Shown: positions 31,069 through 42,555, counted from the first letter of the stretch. The stretch is 64,000 nucleotides of DNA from an uncultured Alphaproteobacteria bacterium (GCA_902621165.1 CACNKX010000007.1:1581-65580), one strand, 5' to 3'. Numbers and translations: made by a program. Notes: generated from the sequence alone by a model not told the origin.

Positions 31069-32494
31069 TATTTACAATATTTTTTTTATACCCGAAATTT
31101 TTTTAGCATGCTCTTCTTTTGTTTGCTTACTTTTTGGGCTTTTTTTAAAAAAGAATGCATTTAGACAAACTTCCAATCTAGCAGTTTTCGTTTTATTATT
31201 AACCATTTTGCTTATTTACTATGATAGTGAATCAAATTTCGCAAATTATAAAAGTTTATTTAGTCACTCTTCTTTTATAAATTTTTTTAAAATTTTAGCT
31301 CTATTAGGATCTATAGCTAGTATCATCATTTCTAAAGATTATTTCTTAGGCATTAAGCTTAAAAACTTTGAAATTCCTGTTTTATTTTTATTTTCTACAC
31401 TTGGGATGATGTTAATGATTGCTTCAAATAATCTTATGTCCATGTATCTAGCAATAGAACTTCAAAGTTTATCTCTATACGTTGCTGCAGCAATAAAAAG
31501 AGATTCAATCTCATCAGCTGAGTCAGGAGTAAAATACTTTATTTTAGGAGCATTATCGTCTGGTATACTTTTATACGGCTTCTCCTTAATTTATGGATTT
31601 ACTGGTTCAATGAATTTTAATGAGATAAGTTTCTATTTATCAAAATATGATAATTTAAATTTAGGTCTAATATTTGGACTTGTATTTGTGATGGTAGGCT
31701 TGGCTTTTAAGGTTTCAGCCGTACCTTTCCATATGTGGACTCCTGATGTTTATGAAGGGGCTCCAAACTCAATTACAGGTTTTTTTGCTATTGTCCCTAA
31801 GATTGCTGCAGTAGCTTTAATTTATCGTTTTTGCTTAGTTCCATTTGAAAATTTTTACTTAGAATGGAGTCAAATAATTTTATTTTTATCAATAGCCTCA
31901 ATGTTTCTTGGAGCTATAGCGGCTATAGCACAGTCAAATATCAAAAGATTATTAGCTTATAGTTCTATTGGACATATAGGTTATATCTTAATAGCTTTAG
32001 TTGCCGCAAATGATGATGGAATTAAAGCAGCATCAATTTATATGCTTTCATACATGATAATGAATGTTGCTATTTTTGCTATTTTACTTTCGTTAAAAGT
32101 TAAAAATGAATATTTAATTAATATAAGTGATTTAAAAGGGTTAAGTAAAAGTAATCCAATCGTTAGTCTTTCTATTTCAATAATAATGCTATCTATGGCT
32201 GGCATCCCACCCTTTATAGGATTTTTTGGAAAGTTTTATGTTTTCATTGCTGCAATTGAACAAGAATTATATGTGCTTTCAGTTCTTGGCGTCCTAGCTA
32301 GTGTTATTTCTGCTTTTTATTATTTAAGAATTATTAAGATAATGTATTTTGATGAAAGTATAAGTGAAGGAATAATTAATTTTCAAATTTCTTTTCAATC
32401 AAAAATTATTCTGTCCTTAAGTTTGTTTGTAATTATTTGTTTTATATTTTACCCGTCTTTATTGATTAATATATCAGCAAGTTTGACCATTTGA
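31058..32494 (+). CDS. nuoN: NADH-quinone oxidoreductase subunit N
   Basis: ELQSL, KYFILG, PFHMWTPDVYEG, AGIPP..GFFGK. Confidence 0.96.
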   Translation: MLNNIYNIFFIPEIFLACSSFVCLLFGLFLKKNAFRQTSNLAVFVLLLTILLIYYDSESNFANYKSLFSHSSFINFFKILALLGSIASIIISKDYFLGIKLKNFEIPVLFLFSTLGMMLMIASNNLMSMYLAIELQSLSLYVAAAIKRDSISSAESGVKYFILGALSSGILLYGFSLIYGFTGSMNFNEISFYLSKYDNLNLGLIFGLVFVMVGLAFKVSAVPFHMWTPDVYEGAPNSITGFFAIVPKIAAVALIYRFCLVPFENFYLEWSQIILFLSIASMFLGAIAAIAQSNIKRLLAYSSIGHIGYILIALVAANDDGIKAASIYMLSYMIMNVAIFAILLSLKVKNEYLINISDLKGLSKSNPIVSLSISIIMLSMAGIPPFIGFFGKFYVFIAAIEQELYVLSVLGVLASVISAFYYLRIIKIMYFDESISEGIINFQISFQSKIILSLSLFVIICFIFYPSLLINISASLTI

Positions 32495-32497
32495 TTA

Positions 32498-33232
32498 ATG
32501 TCATTAGATAAAATTAAAAATCTATTAGATAAAAACAATTTTGATTTTCATTTTATTGAATCTGTAGACTCTACAATGTCAGAGGTTAAAAAACTTATTG
32601 ATAATAGAGATATATGTTTGATGGCAAATGAACAAAAAAAAGGATTTGGAAGACGAGGAACAACTTGGGAAAGTCCTAAAAGTAATGTCTATATTTCTAT
32701 TTTATCTAAAAATATATTGCCAATAGAAAATCATTTTTTAAATAATGCTTTTATTACTAATATGATCTGTTCTGTGATTGAAAATATTTGTAATGTTAAA
32801 ACTCAAATTAAATGGCCAAATGATATTTTAATTAATAAAGAAAAAATTTCTGGAATAATTTCTGAAATATTTAGTATCAAAAGTGATAAATATATCAATA
32901 CTGGTTTTGGAGTTAATATAGTATCTTCCCCAAAAATTGAAAATTATCCAACAACTAATATTAATAAATACAATAAAGAAATTAACAATTTTTATTTTGT
33001 ATATGAAATTATGGAAGAGTATTTTAAAAATTTTAAACAACTGCTAAATAACCACGAAAAAATTATGACTGAATATAAAAGTAGATTATTATATTTAGGA
33101 AGCAACATTAATTTAAAAATTGATGAACAAAATGTAAAACAAGGAATATTTCATAATCTTAACCCAGATGGTTCAATCACTTTAAAAAATAATATTAATT
33201 TTGAAAATATATATAATGCTAGAATAATTTAA
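32498..33232 (+). CDS. birA: Biotin--protein ligase (no HTH domain)
   Basis: VDSTM, QKKGFGRRGTTW.SP, IKWPND, KISGI. Confidence 0.92.
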   Translation: MSLDKIKNLLDKNNFDFHFIESVDSTMSEVKKLIDNRDICLMANEQKKGFGRRGTTWESPKSNVYISILSKNILPIENHFLNNAFITNMICSVIENICNVKTQIKWPNDILINKEKISGIISEIFSIKSDKYINTGFGVNIVSSPKIENYPTTNINKYNKEINNFYFVYEIMEEYFKNFKQLLNNHEKIMTEYKSRLLYLGSNINLKIDEQNVKQGIFHNLNPDGSITLKNNINFENIYNARII

Positions 33233-33993
33233 TGATTGTTATAGATGTAGGTAATACGAATATAGTTATAGGTTTTTATACAAAAAATAAATTAATTAAA
33301 ATTATTAGATTAAAAACAGAAAAAAAAATCAATATTACAAAAAAAGAAATAAATAAATTTTTTAAATCTAACAAAAAATTGATTAATAATCTTAAAGATA
33401 GATTTTGTATCTTGTCGTCTGTTGTGCCTTCTTTAAATTTAATTTTAAAAAATATTTTTCAAAAAAATAAATTCAAATTTTATTTAGTTAATCCCAAAAA
33501 AATATCATTTAGAAATAGTATCAATTATAATTTAAATCAAATTGGGAGTGATCGAATAGCAAACTATGCCTATGTATACAGTAAGAAAATCAAAGACTGT
33601 ATAATTCTCGACTTTGGTACAGCTACTACTTTCGATGTCATTAAAAATAATAAATATTTAGGTGGATTAATTTTTCCAGGTATAAATCTTTCAATGGAGA
33701 CACTTTTAAAAAATGCTGAGTTAATAAAAACTTCAAAAATCTCTAAATCAAATAAAATTGTTAATAATAATACATCAGCTTCTATTCAATCAGGGTTCTA
33801 TTTTGGTTATTTGCATGCAGTTAATGGCATATTAAAGCAAATTATTAAGGAGAATAACTTTAAGCCCAAAGTCTATATTACGGGTGGTCTAGGTAAAATA
33901 TTTAGGGATAAAATTATTTATAAACCTATATATATGGAACATTTGACATTAGAAGGAATAAAAGAAATCGGTAACAAACATTTTTATGAGTAA
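33232..33993 (+). CDS. coaX: Type III pantothenate kinase
   Basis: IDVGNTN, SSVVP, GSDR, DFGTATT, GGLIFPG, TGG. Confidence 0.93.
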   Translation: MIVIDVGNTNIVIGFYTKNKLIKIIRLKTEKKINITKKEINKFFKSNKKLINNLKDRFCILSSVVPSLNLILKNIFQKNKFKFYLVNPKKISFRNSINYNLNQIGSDRIANYAYVYSKKIKDCIILDFGTATTFDVIKNNKYLGGLIFPGINLSMETLLKNAELIKTSKISKSNKIVNNNTSASIQSGFYFGYLHAVNGILKQIIKENNFKPKVYITGGLGKIFRDKIIYKPIYMEHLTLEGIKEIGNKHFYE

Positions 33994-35659
33994 TAATTTA
34001 CAACTAAATGATTTTAATGAAGGACTACACTTTTTATCTCTTGGAGGTATTGGAGAAATAGGTGCAAATTGTTATCTTTACGGATGTGATGGAAAATGGA
34101 TAATGATAGATTTAGGTCTTTCATTTGCAGATGAAAAGTTTCCTGGTGTAGATTTATTAGTACCAAAAATTGATCATATTGAAAGCTTAGAAGATAATCT
34201 CGAGGCAATTATAATTAGCCATGGTCATGAAGATCATGCAGGAGCTGTTGCGTTCTTAGCAAATAAAATTAAATGTCCAGTATATGCAAGTAAATTTGCA
34301 AAATTTCTTATTGAGAATAGGCTAAAAGAATTCAATAAAGTAGAAGGATTTACTTTAGAAGAGATAAATCTAGAAAAGAAATTAATACTCAATAATTTTG
34401 ATATAAGTTTTATTCCAACTACACACTCAATTCCTGAGCCAACTTCAATTGTAATTAAAACAACATATGGATCATTACTCCATACTGCTGATTGGAAAAT
34501 AGATCATTCACCTACTTTAGGAGACTCATTTTCAAAAGAAAAATTTGAAAAATTAGGAAATGATGGATTACTTGCCTTAATAGGTGACTCTACTAACGCA
34601 AATGTGCCTGGTAAATCAGAATCTGAAAATGACGTTAGGGATGAACTGACTAGTGTATTTTCAAGATTTTCTAATAGAATTGTTGTTACATGTTTTTCTT
34701 CAAATATTGCAAGAATGAAAAATATTATTCACGCAGCAAAAAAAAATAAAAGAAAGGTCGCTCTTGTAGGCAGAAGTATGAAAAAAAATATCGAGGTAGC
34801 AAGAAAATGTGGTTATGTTGCAGATGATGAAATTTTTATCAGTGAAGATGAAGCTTCTTATATACCAAGAGAAAATTTAGTCATAATTTGTACTGGTAGT
34901 CAGGGTGAAAAAAGATCTGCCCTTTTTAGAATAGCTTATAATTCTCATCAACATTTACATTTAGAGCCTGAAGATGTAGTCATTTTTAGCTCTAGAGATA
35001 TTCCTGGTAATGAAAAATCAATAAATAATTTAAAGAACTTACTTATTAGACAAAGAGTTGAGATAGTAACTGCTGATGATGATTTAGTACATGTTTCAGG
35101 TCATGGTTATGCAGATGAAATAAAACAAATGTATAATTGGACAAAACCTTACTTATCTATTCCTGTGCATGGTGAACCTATGCATCTAGAGGCACATAAA
35201 CAATTATCTTACTCATCTCAAGTACCATTTACTAAAATTTTAGAAAATGGAAAATGTCTCAAAATTGCACCAGGTGAACCTAAAATTGTAGAAAAATTTA
35301 AAACTGGAAAGTTAATTGTTGAGGGTAAAAATCTTTACGACTCTGAATCTGCTTTTATTAAAGAGAGAAGGAAATATTCATTTGAGGGGCTAGTATTAAT
35401 TTCTTTAATTATCAATGATGATGACTATTCAATTAATAAAAATATGTTACTTACTTTAAAAGGATTGCCGGGAATAGATGAAGAAATCATTAAAAATGAT
35501 TTTAAAATACTTTTTATAGAAAACTATACAAAACTTAACAAAGATCAAAAATCATCAGATCTTATAGTATCTGACTTAGTTAAAAGTAGTTTTAGAAAGA
35601 TTATAAAAAATTCAATTCAAAAAAAACCAGAAATTGAAGTTCATTTAATACGATCTTAA
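33986..35659 (+). CDS. rnj: Ribonuclease J
   Basis: LGGIGEIG, HGHEDH, HSIPE, TGSQGE, HVSGH, PVHGE. Confidence 0.94.
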   Translation: MSNNLQLNDFNEGLHFLSLGGIGEIGANCYLYGCDGKWIMIDLGLSFADEKFPGVDLLVPKIDHIESLEDNLEAIIISHGHEDHAGAVAFLANKIKCPVYASKFAKFLIENRLKEFNKVEGFTLEEINLEKKLILNNFDISFIPTTHSIPEPTSIVIKTTYGSLLHTADWKIDHSPTLGDSFSKEKFEKLGNDGLLALIGDSTNANVPGKSESENDVRDELTSVFSRFSNRIVVTCFSSNIARMKNIIHAAKKNKRKVALVGRSMKKNIEVARKCGYVADDEIFISEDEASYIPRENLVIICTGSQGEKRSALFRIAYNSHQHLHLEPEDVVIFSSRDIPGNEKSINNLKNLLIRQRVEIVTADDDLVHVSGHGYADEIKQMYNWTKPYLSIPVHGEPMHLEAHKQLSYSSQVPFTKILENGKCLKIAPGEPKIVEKFKTGKLIVEGKNLYDSESAFIKERRKYSFEGLVLISLIINDDDYSINKNMLLTLKGLPGIDEEIIKNDFKILFIENYTKLNKDQKSSDLIVSDLVKSSFRKIIKNSIQKKPEIEVHLIRS

Positions 35660-35889
35660 TGGCACTATTTACTCATGTTCTAATTTTTATCCTTGTTTGG
35701 TGGATTTTATTTTTCATACTCCTACCGATTAAGATAAAAGTACCCCAAAAAGTAGAATCTGGACATGCAAAAAGCGCTCCGAGTAAGCCATATCTTCTAA
35801 TAAAATTTATAGCAACTTCATTAATATCAGCTTTAATTTTATTTTTTTTGATTTTATTTGGTTTTGATTTATCAAATATATTTAATTAA
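35659..35889 (+). CDS. DUF1467-family small membrane protein
   Basis: WW..F..LP and G...SAP..P motifs, two TM segments; usual position before proS. Confidence 0.75.
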   Translation: MALFTHVLIFILVWWILFFILLPIKIKVPQKVESGHAKSAPSKPYLLIKFIATSLISALILFFLILFGFDLSNIFN

Positions 35890-37184
35890 TGAAATATTCT
35901 AATTTTTTTCTTCCCACCATTAAAGATGCACCATCAGATGCTGAAATAATTTCACATAAATTAATGATCAGAGCAGGTATGATTAAGCAATCTAGTGCAG
36001 GTATTTATTCTTGGTTACCATTAGGTTTACTTGTATTAAAAAAAATTGAACAGATTGTCCGAGAAGAACAAAATAATGCAGGAGCTATAGAACTGCTTAT
36101 GCCTACGATACAATCTTCTGATTTATGGATTAAATCAGGAAGATATGATGATTATGGAAAAGAAATGTTGAGGATTACAGATCGAAGTGGAAGAGATATG
36201 CTTTACGGCCCAACAAATGAAGAATTAATTACTGATATATTTCAATCACATATTAATTCTTACAAAGATCTTCCAAAAAACCTTTATCATATTCAATGGA
36301 AATTCCGAGATGAAGTTAGGCCTAGGTTTGGAGTAATGCGAGGAAGAGAATTCTTAATGAAGGATAATTATTCATTTGATCTTGATGAAAACGAAGCAAA
36401 AAAATCTTATGACAATATGTTTAAAGCATACATAAAAACTTTTATTAGAATGGGTTTAACACCAATTTCCTTAAGAGCGGAAACTGGACCAATTGGCGGT
36501 AACTTAAGTCATGAATTTCAAATACTAGCTAAGACTGGTGAAAGTACACTTTATTATGATAAAAAATTAGAAACACTAAACCCTGAAACTATAGATCCAA
36601 ATAAGTTGCAGTCATTTTATGCTGCAGTTGATGATCAACATGATGAAAAAAATTGCCCAATTTCAAATGAAGATTTAAAAATTTCTAAGGGCATTGAAGT
36701 AGGCCATATATTTTATTTTGGAACAAAATATTCTGAGAAATTAAACGCATTTGTTCAAGATAAAAGTGGGAAAAATGTTCCAGTACATATGGGATCATAT
36801 GGCATTGGTGTTTCAAGACTTGTTGGTGCAATTATAGAAGCTTATCATGATGAAAAAGGAATTAGATGGCCTTTAGAAGTTGCTCCATTTAAGGTTTCCA
36901 TAGTTAATTTAATGCCAGAAGATCAAGATTGTGCCACAAAATCATCAGAATATTATGAATATTTTATGAAAAATAATATTGAAGTCATTTTAGATGACAG
37001 AATCTGCAGTATAGGAAAAAAATTATCTGATAATGAGTTAATTGGGACACCTTATCAAATTATTATTGGCAAAAGAGATTTAAAAGATAATTTAGTAGAA
37101 ATAAAAAATCGTCAAAATAATGAAAGTGAAAAAATTTCGTCCAGTAGTGTAATTGATTTTATTAATAATAAGTTAAAAAAATAG
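35889..37184 (+). CDS. proS: Proline--tRNA ligase (short type, no editing domain)
   Basis: SHKLMIRAG, GPTNEE, FRDEVRPRFG, IEVGHIF, MGSYGIG. Confidence 0.96.
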   Translation: MKYSNFFLPTIKDAPSDAEIISHKLMIRAGMIKQSSAGIYSWLPLGLLVLKKIEQIVREEQNNAGAIELLMPTIQSSDLWIKSGRYDDYGKEMLRITDRSGRDMLYGPTNEELITDIFQSHINSYKDLPKNLYHIQWKFRDEVRPRFGVMRGREFLMKDNYSFDLDENEAKKSYDNMFKAYIKTFIRMGLTPISLRAETGPIGGNLSHEFQILAKTGESTLYYDKKLETLNPETIDPNKLQSFYAAVDDQHDEKNCPISNEDLKISKGIEVGHIFYFGTKYSEKLNAFVQDKSGKNVPVHMGSYGIGVSRLVGAIIEAYHDEKGIRWPLEVAPFKVSIVNLMPEDQDCATKSSEYYEYFMKNNIEVILDDRICSIGKKLSDNELIGTPYQIIIGKRDLKDNLVEIKNRQNNESEKISSSSVIDFINNKLKK

Positions 37185-38435
37185 ATGATTTCTAAATCAG
37201 AACGATTACTGATTTTTAGGTTTTTATTTTCTAAGAAATCCGATGGCTATGTGTCTATTTTTGCTTTGTTTTCAATAACAGGTATTAGTTTAGGAGTAGC
37301 AGCAATTATCATAGTAATGTCTGTTATGAATGGTTTTAGAATTGATCTAACTAACAGAATAATTGGACTTAATTCACACCTTAATATTTATAGTTTTGAT
37401 AATGAGATAACAAATAAGCAAGCTGATGAACTTATATTGAATATTGATAATTCTTTTTTTTACCAACACTACAAGTCTATTGAAACAAATGGATTAATTA
37501 TAAAATCAAATAACTCAAAAGGTGTGATGATCAAAGGCTATGATGCATATGATAAAAATCATTATTTGTTTAATTCAATTAATATGGGTGCTTTAATTCA
37601 AAATCCAAAAAGTGAAATATTAATTGGAGATTCCTTAGCGAACGAAATGAATTTAAGCGTGGGAGATAAGGTTAAAATTGCAATTCCAAAGACTGATAAA
37701 ACAATATTAGGAAATATTCCAAGATTTAAAACATTGGAGGTAGTAGGTGTATTTGATCTAGGTTTATATGAATATGATTCAAATTTAATTTTTTTATCTT
37801 CAGAACTTGTTAGAAAATTACTATTATATGATGAAGATATATATAACAAAATTGAATTCTTTACATCATCTCCTAATGAAATTGAATTATTTAAAAATAA
37901 AGTAGAATTAGAAACATCTAATCTTTTATTAAATTTTTATTCAATATCTTGGAAGGATCAAAACAAAACTTTAATAAATGCACTTAAAGTAGAAAAGAAT
38001 GTTATGTTTATTATTCTTTCTTTAATCATTTTAGTTGCATCATTAAATATTATTTCAGGTTTAATTATTTTTGTTAAAGAAAAAAATAAGGATATTGGCA
38101 TTTTAAAAACTATTGGAATGAGTAATAAAAGTATTATAAAAATATTTTTTACTATTGGAATCTCAATTGGCTTGATTGGCTCATTAATAGGATTAATAAT
38201 TGGAATACTTTTCACAATAAATATTAAATCAATTCAAAGTTTTTTAGAATATTTACTTGGGACAAAGCTCTTTTCTGAAGAAGTCTATTATTTATCATCT
38301 TTACCTTCAAAGATTAGTATAAATGAAGTTGTTTACGTACTTTGTGTGGCTATAATCATATCAATTATCTCAACTATTTTTCCAGCTTTAAGTTCAGCCA
38401 GAATAGATCCTATTAAGAGTTTAAGAAGTGAATAG
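37185..38435 (+). CDS. lolE: Lipoprotein-releasing ABC permease LolC/E
   Basis: GISLGVAA.I.VMSVMNGF, DIGILKTIG, EVYYLSSLP, DPIKSLR. Confidence 0.9.
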   Translation: MISKSERLLIFRFLFSKKSDGYVSIFALFSITGISLGVAAIIIVMSVMNGFRIDLTNRIIGLNSHLNIYSFDNEITNKQADELILNIDNSFFYQHYKSIETNGLIIKSNNSKGVMIKGYDAYDKNHYLFNSINMGALIQNPKSEILIGDSLANEMNLSVGDKVKIAIPKTDKTILGNIPRFKTLEVVGVFDLGLYEYDSNLIFLSSELVRKLLLYDEDIYNKIEFFTSSPNEIELFKNKVELETSNLLLNFYSISWKDQNKTLINALKVEKNVMFIILSLIILVASLNIISGLIIFVKEKNKDIGILKTIGMSNKSIIKIFFTIGISIGLIGSLIGLIIGILFTINIKSIQSFLEYLLGTKLFSEEVYYLSSLPSKISINEVVYVLCVAIIISIISTIFPALSSARIDPIKSLRSE

Positions 38436-39117
38436 CAAATATTTATCAGAGATATCCAATTTAAATAAAAATTATTTTAATGAAAATAATTTAAAAATTG
38501 AGATAATTAAAAATCTGAATTTTAAATTAATGCAAAACACTAAAGTTGCGATTGTTGGGCCTTCAGGTTCAGGCAAAACTACTTTTCTTAATATTATTGG
38601 TTTACTTGACTCTGAATATGATGGAAAAGTTTATTTTAAGAATAAAGATATTTCTTTTTGCTCTAAAGATGAAACAAATAAAATTAGAGGATTATCAATT
38701 GGTTTTATTCATCAATTTTTTCATCTTATTCCTGAACTCACTGTTATCGAGAATGTTATGCTTCCATTATTAATAAATAAAAATGAAAAGAAAAGTTATG
38801 AAATATCTAAAAAACTACTTCTTGAATTTGGTTTAAGTGAAAGGATTAATTATAAACCTTTAAAGTTATCAGGAGGAGAACAACAAAGAGTCGCTATTGC
38901 AAGATCATTAGTTAACAATCCAGATTTAATTTTAGCTGATGAGATGACTGGAAATCTTGATGAAGATACTGCTAACAACATTTTTAAATTTTTTATAAAT
39001 TATATCGAACAAAATAAAAAAACTTTAGTATATGTTACTCATAACAAAACGTATTCTTTACTAGCTGATGAAATTTATTATTTTAAAAACAAGAATATAC
39101 AATTAAAGAATGAATAA
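38428..39117 (+). CDS. lolD: Lipoprotein-releasing ABC ATPase
   Basis: GPSGSGKT, GFIHQFFHL, LSGGEQQR, LADE.TGNLD; GTG start. Confidence 0.9.
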   Translation: MNSKYLSEISNLNKNYFNENNLKIEIIKNLNFKLMQNTKVAIVGPSGSGKTTFLNIIGLLDSEYDGKVYFKNKDISFCSKDETNKIRGLSIGFIHQFFHLIPELTVIENVMLPLLINKNEKKSYEISKKLLLEFGLSERINYKPLKLSGGEQQRVAIARSLVNNPDLILADEMTGNLDEDTANNIFKFFINYIEQNKKTLVYVTHNKTYSLLADEIYYFKNKNIQLKNE

Positions 39118-42100
39118 TCCTTTTATTCATTTACGATCTTTATCTTCATATTCTTTATCTGAAAGTACTCTAAAAATTGCTAATTTAGTAGATCTTGCTA
39201 AAAAAAATGACATGCCTGCAATTGCCATTACAGATAATAATAATATGTTTGGAGTCTTTGAGTTTTCAAAAGAATGCGTAAAAAATAATATTCAACCTAT
39301 AATTGGAACTTCAATAAATTTATTAGATGTTGTTGTAAATAAACAAATTTCTCAAGTTACATTTTTAGTCAAAAATGAAATCGGGTATAGAAATCTATTA
39401 GAATTAAGCTCACTTTCTCATCTTAATGAAGGAAATTATGTTGGTATATACTTTTCTCAATTAGAGAAATTTTCTGAAGGTTTATTCTGTTATGTAGGTG
39501 GTGAATTGAATCCTCTACTTTTATTAAACAAAGAAAACAAAAAAAATGATATCATTCAATTAATAAGTAATTTTAAAAAATTTTTTAAGCAAAATTTTCT
39601 TTTTGAAATTCAAAGAATAAATGATCAAAATATCGACGTTTTTGAAAAAGAATTTATTAATTTATCAAAAAAATTTGACATACCCCTAATAGGTTCAAAT
39701 AATATTAAGTATGCTAATAAAGATGATTATTCAGCTCATGATGCATTACTATGTATTGCTCAAAAATCAACAATTAACAATTCTCAAAGAAATATCTCAA
39801 ATGAAAATATTTATTTTAAGTCAAATGAAGAAATGTCTTCAAATTTTGACGATATTCCTGAGATAATACTAAATAATTTTAATATTGCTTTATCTTGTAA
39901 TTATTTTCCTGAGTCAACAAAACCACAATTACCTGAATTTAAAAATGATTTAAATTTATCAGCAGAAGATTTTTTATTAAAATCCTCAGAACTGGGACTT
40001 GAAAAAAAAATAAAAGAAAAGAATATTAAGAATATACAAGTTTATAGAGATAGATTGAAATATGAAAATGAAATAATAATTAGAATGGGTTTTGCAGGAT
40101 ACTTTTTAATAGTAGCAGATTTTGTTAATTGGGCTAAAGAGCAATCCATCCCTGTTGGTCCCGGAAGAGGATCAGGTGCTGGCAGTTTAGTAGCTTGGTG
40201 TTTAGGAATTACTGATTTAGATCCATTGGAATACGATTTACTATTTGAACGATTTCTTAACCCAGAAAGAGTGTCAATGCCAGATTTTGACATTGATTTT
40301 TGTCAAACTAGAAGAGATGAAGTAATTGAATATGTAAATAATAAATATGGAAGTGAATGTGTTGCACATATAATTACTTTTGGTACTTTAGCATCAAGAG
40401 CTGCGGTAAGAGATATTGGAAGAGTATTGGAAGTTCCGTATGGAGAAGTTGACTCTTTTGCTAAATTAATACCTTTTAATCCTTCAAATCCATTAACTTT
40501 AAGTGAGTCAATTAAATCTGAAAGAAGTTTACAAGAAAGGATCAATAGTGATGAAAGAATTTCAAATATTATTGATTTAAGTCTAAAAATTGAGGGAACT
40601 CATAGACATGCTTCAACTCACGCTGCTGGAGTTGTTATTGGTCATGAAAAGTTATCAAAAGTTGTTCCTTTATACAAAGATCAAAATACTAATACAAATG
40701 CAACACAATTTTCTATGAAATATGTTGAGGAAGTTGGTCTAATAAAATTTGATTTTCTTGGTTTAACAACATTGTCAATTATTGATGATTGCGTAAAATT
40801 AATAATTAAAGATAATAGAAATTTTATAATTGATAATATTCCCTTAAATGACAAAAGAACCTATGAGCAGTTAAGTAAGGGGGATACAGTTGGAATATTT
40901 CAATTGGAAAGTAATGGTATGGGTAGTGTCCTTCGCCAACTTCAACCTGATCGATTTGAAGAAATAATAGCTGTAGTAGCGTTATTTAGACCAGGTCCAA
41001 TGGATAATATTCCTTCTTTTTGTAATCGAAAACATGGACGTGAAGAAATTAAATATCTTCATTCAATGTTAGAAGACGTCTTAAAAGAAACTTATGGAAT
41101 TATTGTTTATCAAGAACAGGTAATGCAGATTGCTCAGGTTTTATCAAATTATTCTTTAGGTGAAGCAGATTTATTAAGAAGAGCAATGGGAAAAAAAATT
41201 CAAAAAGAAATGGATATGCAAAAATCAAGATTTATTGAAGGTGCAATTCAAAATAATATTGAAAAAAAAGAAGCTTCAAAAATTTTTGATTTAGTAGATA
41301 AATTTGCAGGATATGGTTTTAATAAGAGCCATGCAGCTGCATATGCTTTGATATCTTATCAAACAGCTTATTTAAAAGCAAATTTTCCACATGAATTTCT
41401 TACAGCAACACTAAACTATTCTATTGATAGGACAGAAAAAATTATTTTACTAAAACAAGAAATAGAAAGATTAAATATAAAATTTCTAAAGCCAGATATC
41501 AATTATTCAAATCCCTTATTTTCAATCGAAACAGATGGAAGTTTAAAATCAATTAGATTTGGGCTAGGTGCAATTAAAGGAGTAGGGCTCAAATCTATTT
41601 CTAGCATGGTAGAAGAAAGAAATAAAAATGGTAAATTTAAGAATATTATTGATTTTATGAATAGAGTTTCCAGGGAGGTAATAAATAAAAGGCAGCTTGA
41701 AAAACTTATACAAGCTGGAGCATTTGATAGTTTAGAAGCTAATAGGTCAAAATTATTTAATAATGTAACTAAATTTGTTGAATTATATGGTGCAGAAAAA
41801 GACCTTAATCAAGATATGCTTTTTGAAGATAAAGAAATTTCTTTTGAAGATAAAAATCTATTCAATCAAAATTATAAAAACTGGAATAATTCAGAAATCT
41901 TATCCAATGAACTAGATGTTATAGGATTTTATTTTTCTGACCATCCGCTTAATCACTATCCAAGTAAATTTTTTGAATTAGAAAATATTAATTCATTTAA
42001 AGATTATTCTGAAAATAATAATAACAACTCAATGAAAGTTTGTGGCGCAATTTTAGATATTAAAGAGAGATCAAATAAAGATGGAAAAAAATATGCATTT

Positions 42101-42514
42101 ATAACTGTTTCAGAAATTAGTTATCAGTTTGAATTAACAATTTTTAGCGAAAATTTATATAAATACAGACCAATTTTAAAAGAAGGTAATTTACTAGTAT
42201 TTACTATAGATATTGTAAAAAATAATACAGATACTCGTTTTATTATTAGGGATATATCATCTCTTCATACAATTTTTACTAAAAATAAATATAAATTTAA
42301 TATTTATTCAAATATGAGCAATATTATTGAACATAAGGATTATATTTTTGAAAAAAAACAAAATACTAATATTAATAATTCTATTGAGCTTTTTATTACG
42401 GTAGATCAAAAATTAATTAACTTTGATTTCAATAAATATTCAATTAAATCGTTTAAAAAACTTGACGAATTAAATAAATCAAAAAATTTAGATTATTCAT
42501 TAGAAATATCTTGA
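39110..42514 (+). CDS. dnaE: DNA polymerase III alpha subunit
   Basis: PHP domain, GPGRGSGAGS, RVSMPDFDIDF, KFDFLGL, YGFNKSHA; no intein-sized insertion. Confidence 0.97.
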   Translation: MNNPFIHLRSLSSYSLSESTLKIANLVDLAKKNDMPAIAITDNNNMFGVFEFSKECVKNNIQPIIGTSINLLDVVVNKQISQVTFLVKNEIGYRNLLELSSLSHLNEGNYVGIYFSQLEKFSEGLFCYVGGELNPLLLLNKENKKNDIIQLISNFKKFFKQNFLFEIQRINDQNIDVFEKEFINLSKKFDIPLIGSNNIKYANKDDYSAHDALLCIAQKSTINNSQRNISNENIYFKSNEEMSSNFDDIPEIILNNFNIALSCNYFPESTKPQLPEFKNDLNLSAEDFLLKSSELGLEKKIKEKNIKNIQVYRDRLKYENEIIIRMGFAGYFLIVADFVNWAKEQSIPVGPGRGSGAGSLVAWCLGITDLDPLEYDLLFERFLNPERVSMPDFDIDFCQTRRDEVIEYVNNKYGSECVAHIITFGTLASRAAVRDIGRVLEVPYGEVDSFAKLIPFNPSNPLTLSESIKSERSLQERINSDERISNIIDLSLKIEGTHRHASTHAAGVVIGHEKLSKVVPLYKDQNTNTNATQFSMKYVEEVGLIKFDFLGLTTLSIIDDCVKLIIKDNRNFIIDNIPLNDKRTYEQLSKGDTVGIFQLESNGMGSVLRQLQPDRFEEIIAVVALFRPGPMDNIPSFCNRKHGREEIKYLHSMLEDVLKETYGIIVYQEQVMQIAQVLSNYSLGEADLLRRAMGKKIQKEMDMQKSRFIEGAIQNNIEKKEASKIFDLVDKFAGYGFNKSHAAAYALISYQTAYLKANFPHEFLTATLNYSIDRTEKIILLKQEIERLNIKFLKPDINYSNPLFSIETDGSLKSIRFGLGAIKGVGLKSISSMVEERNKNGKFKNIIDFMNRVSREVINKRQLEKLIQAGAFDSLEANRSKLFNNVTKFVELYGAEKDLNQDMLFEDKEISFEDKNLFNQNYKNWNNSEILSNELDVIGFYFSDHPLNHYPSKFFELENINSFKDYSENNNNNSMKVCGAILDIKERSNKDGKKYAFITVSEISYQFELTIFSENLYKYRPILKEGNLLVFTIDIVKNNTDTRFIIRDISSLHTIFTKNKYKFNIYSNMSNIIEHKDYIFEKKQNTNINNSIELFITVDQKLINFDFNKYSIKSFKKLDELNKSKNLDYSLEIS

Positions 42515-42555
42515 AAAATAAACACATTATAATAATAGATCAGACAAATTAAAAA

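Noticed and set aside
39110-42514. Intein or split in dnaE
   Set aside because: Length and motif spacing are normal
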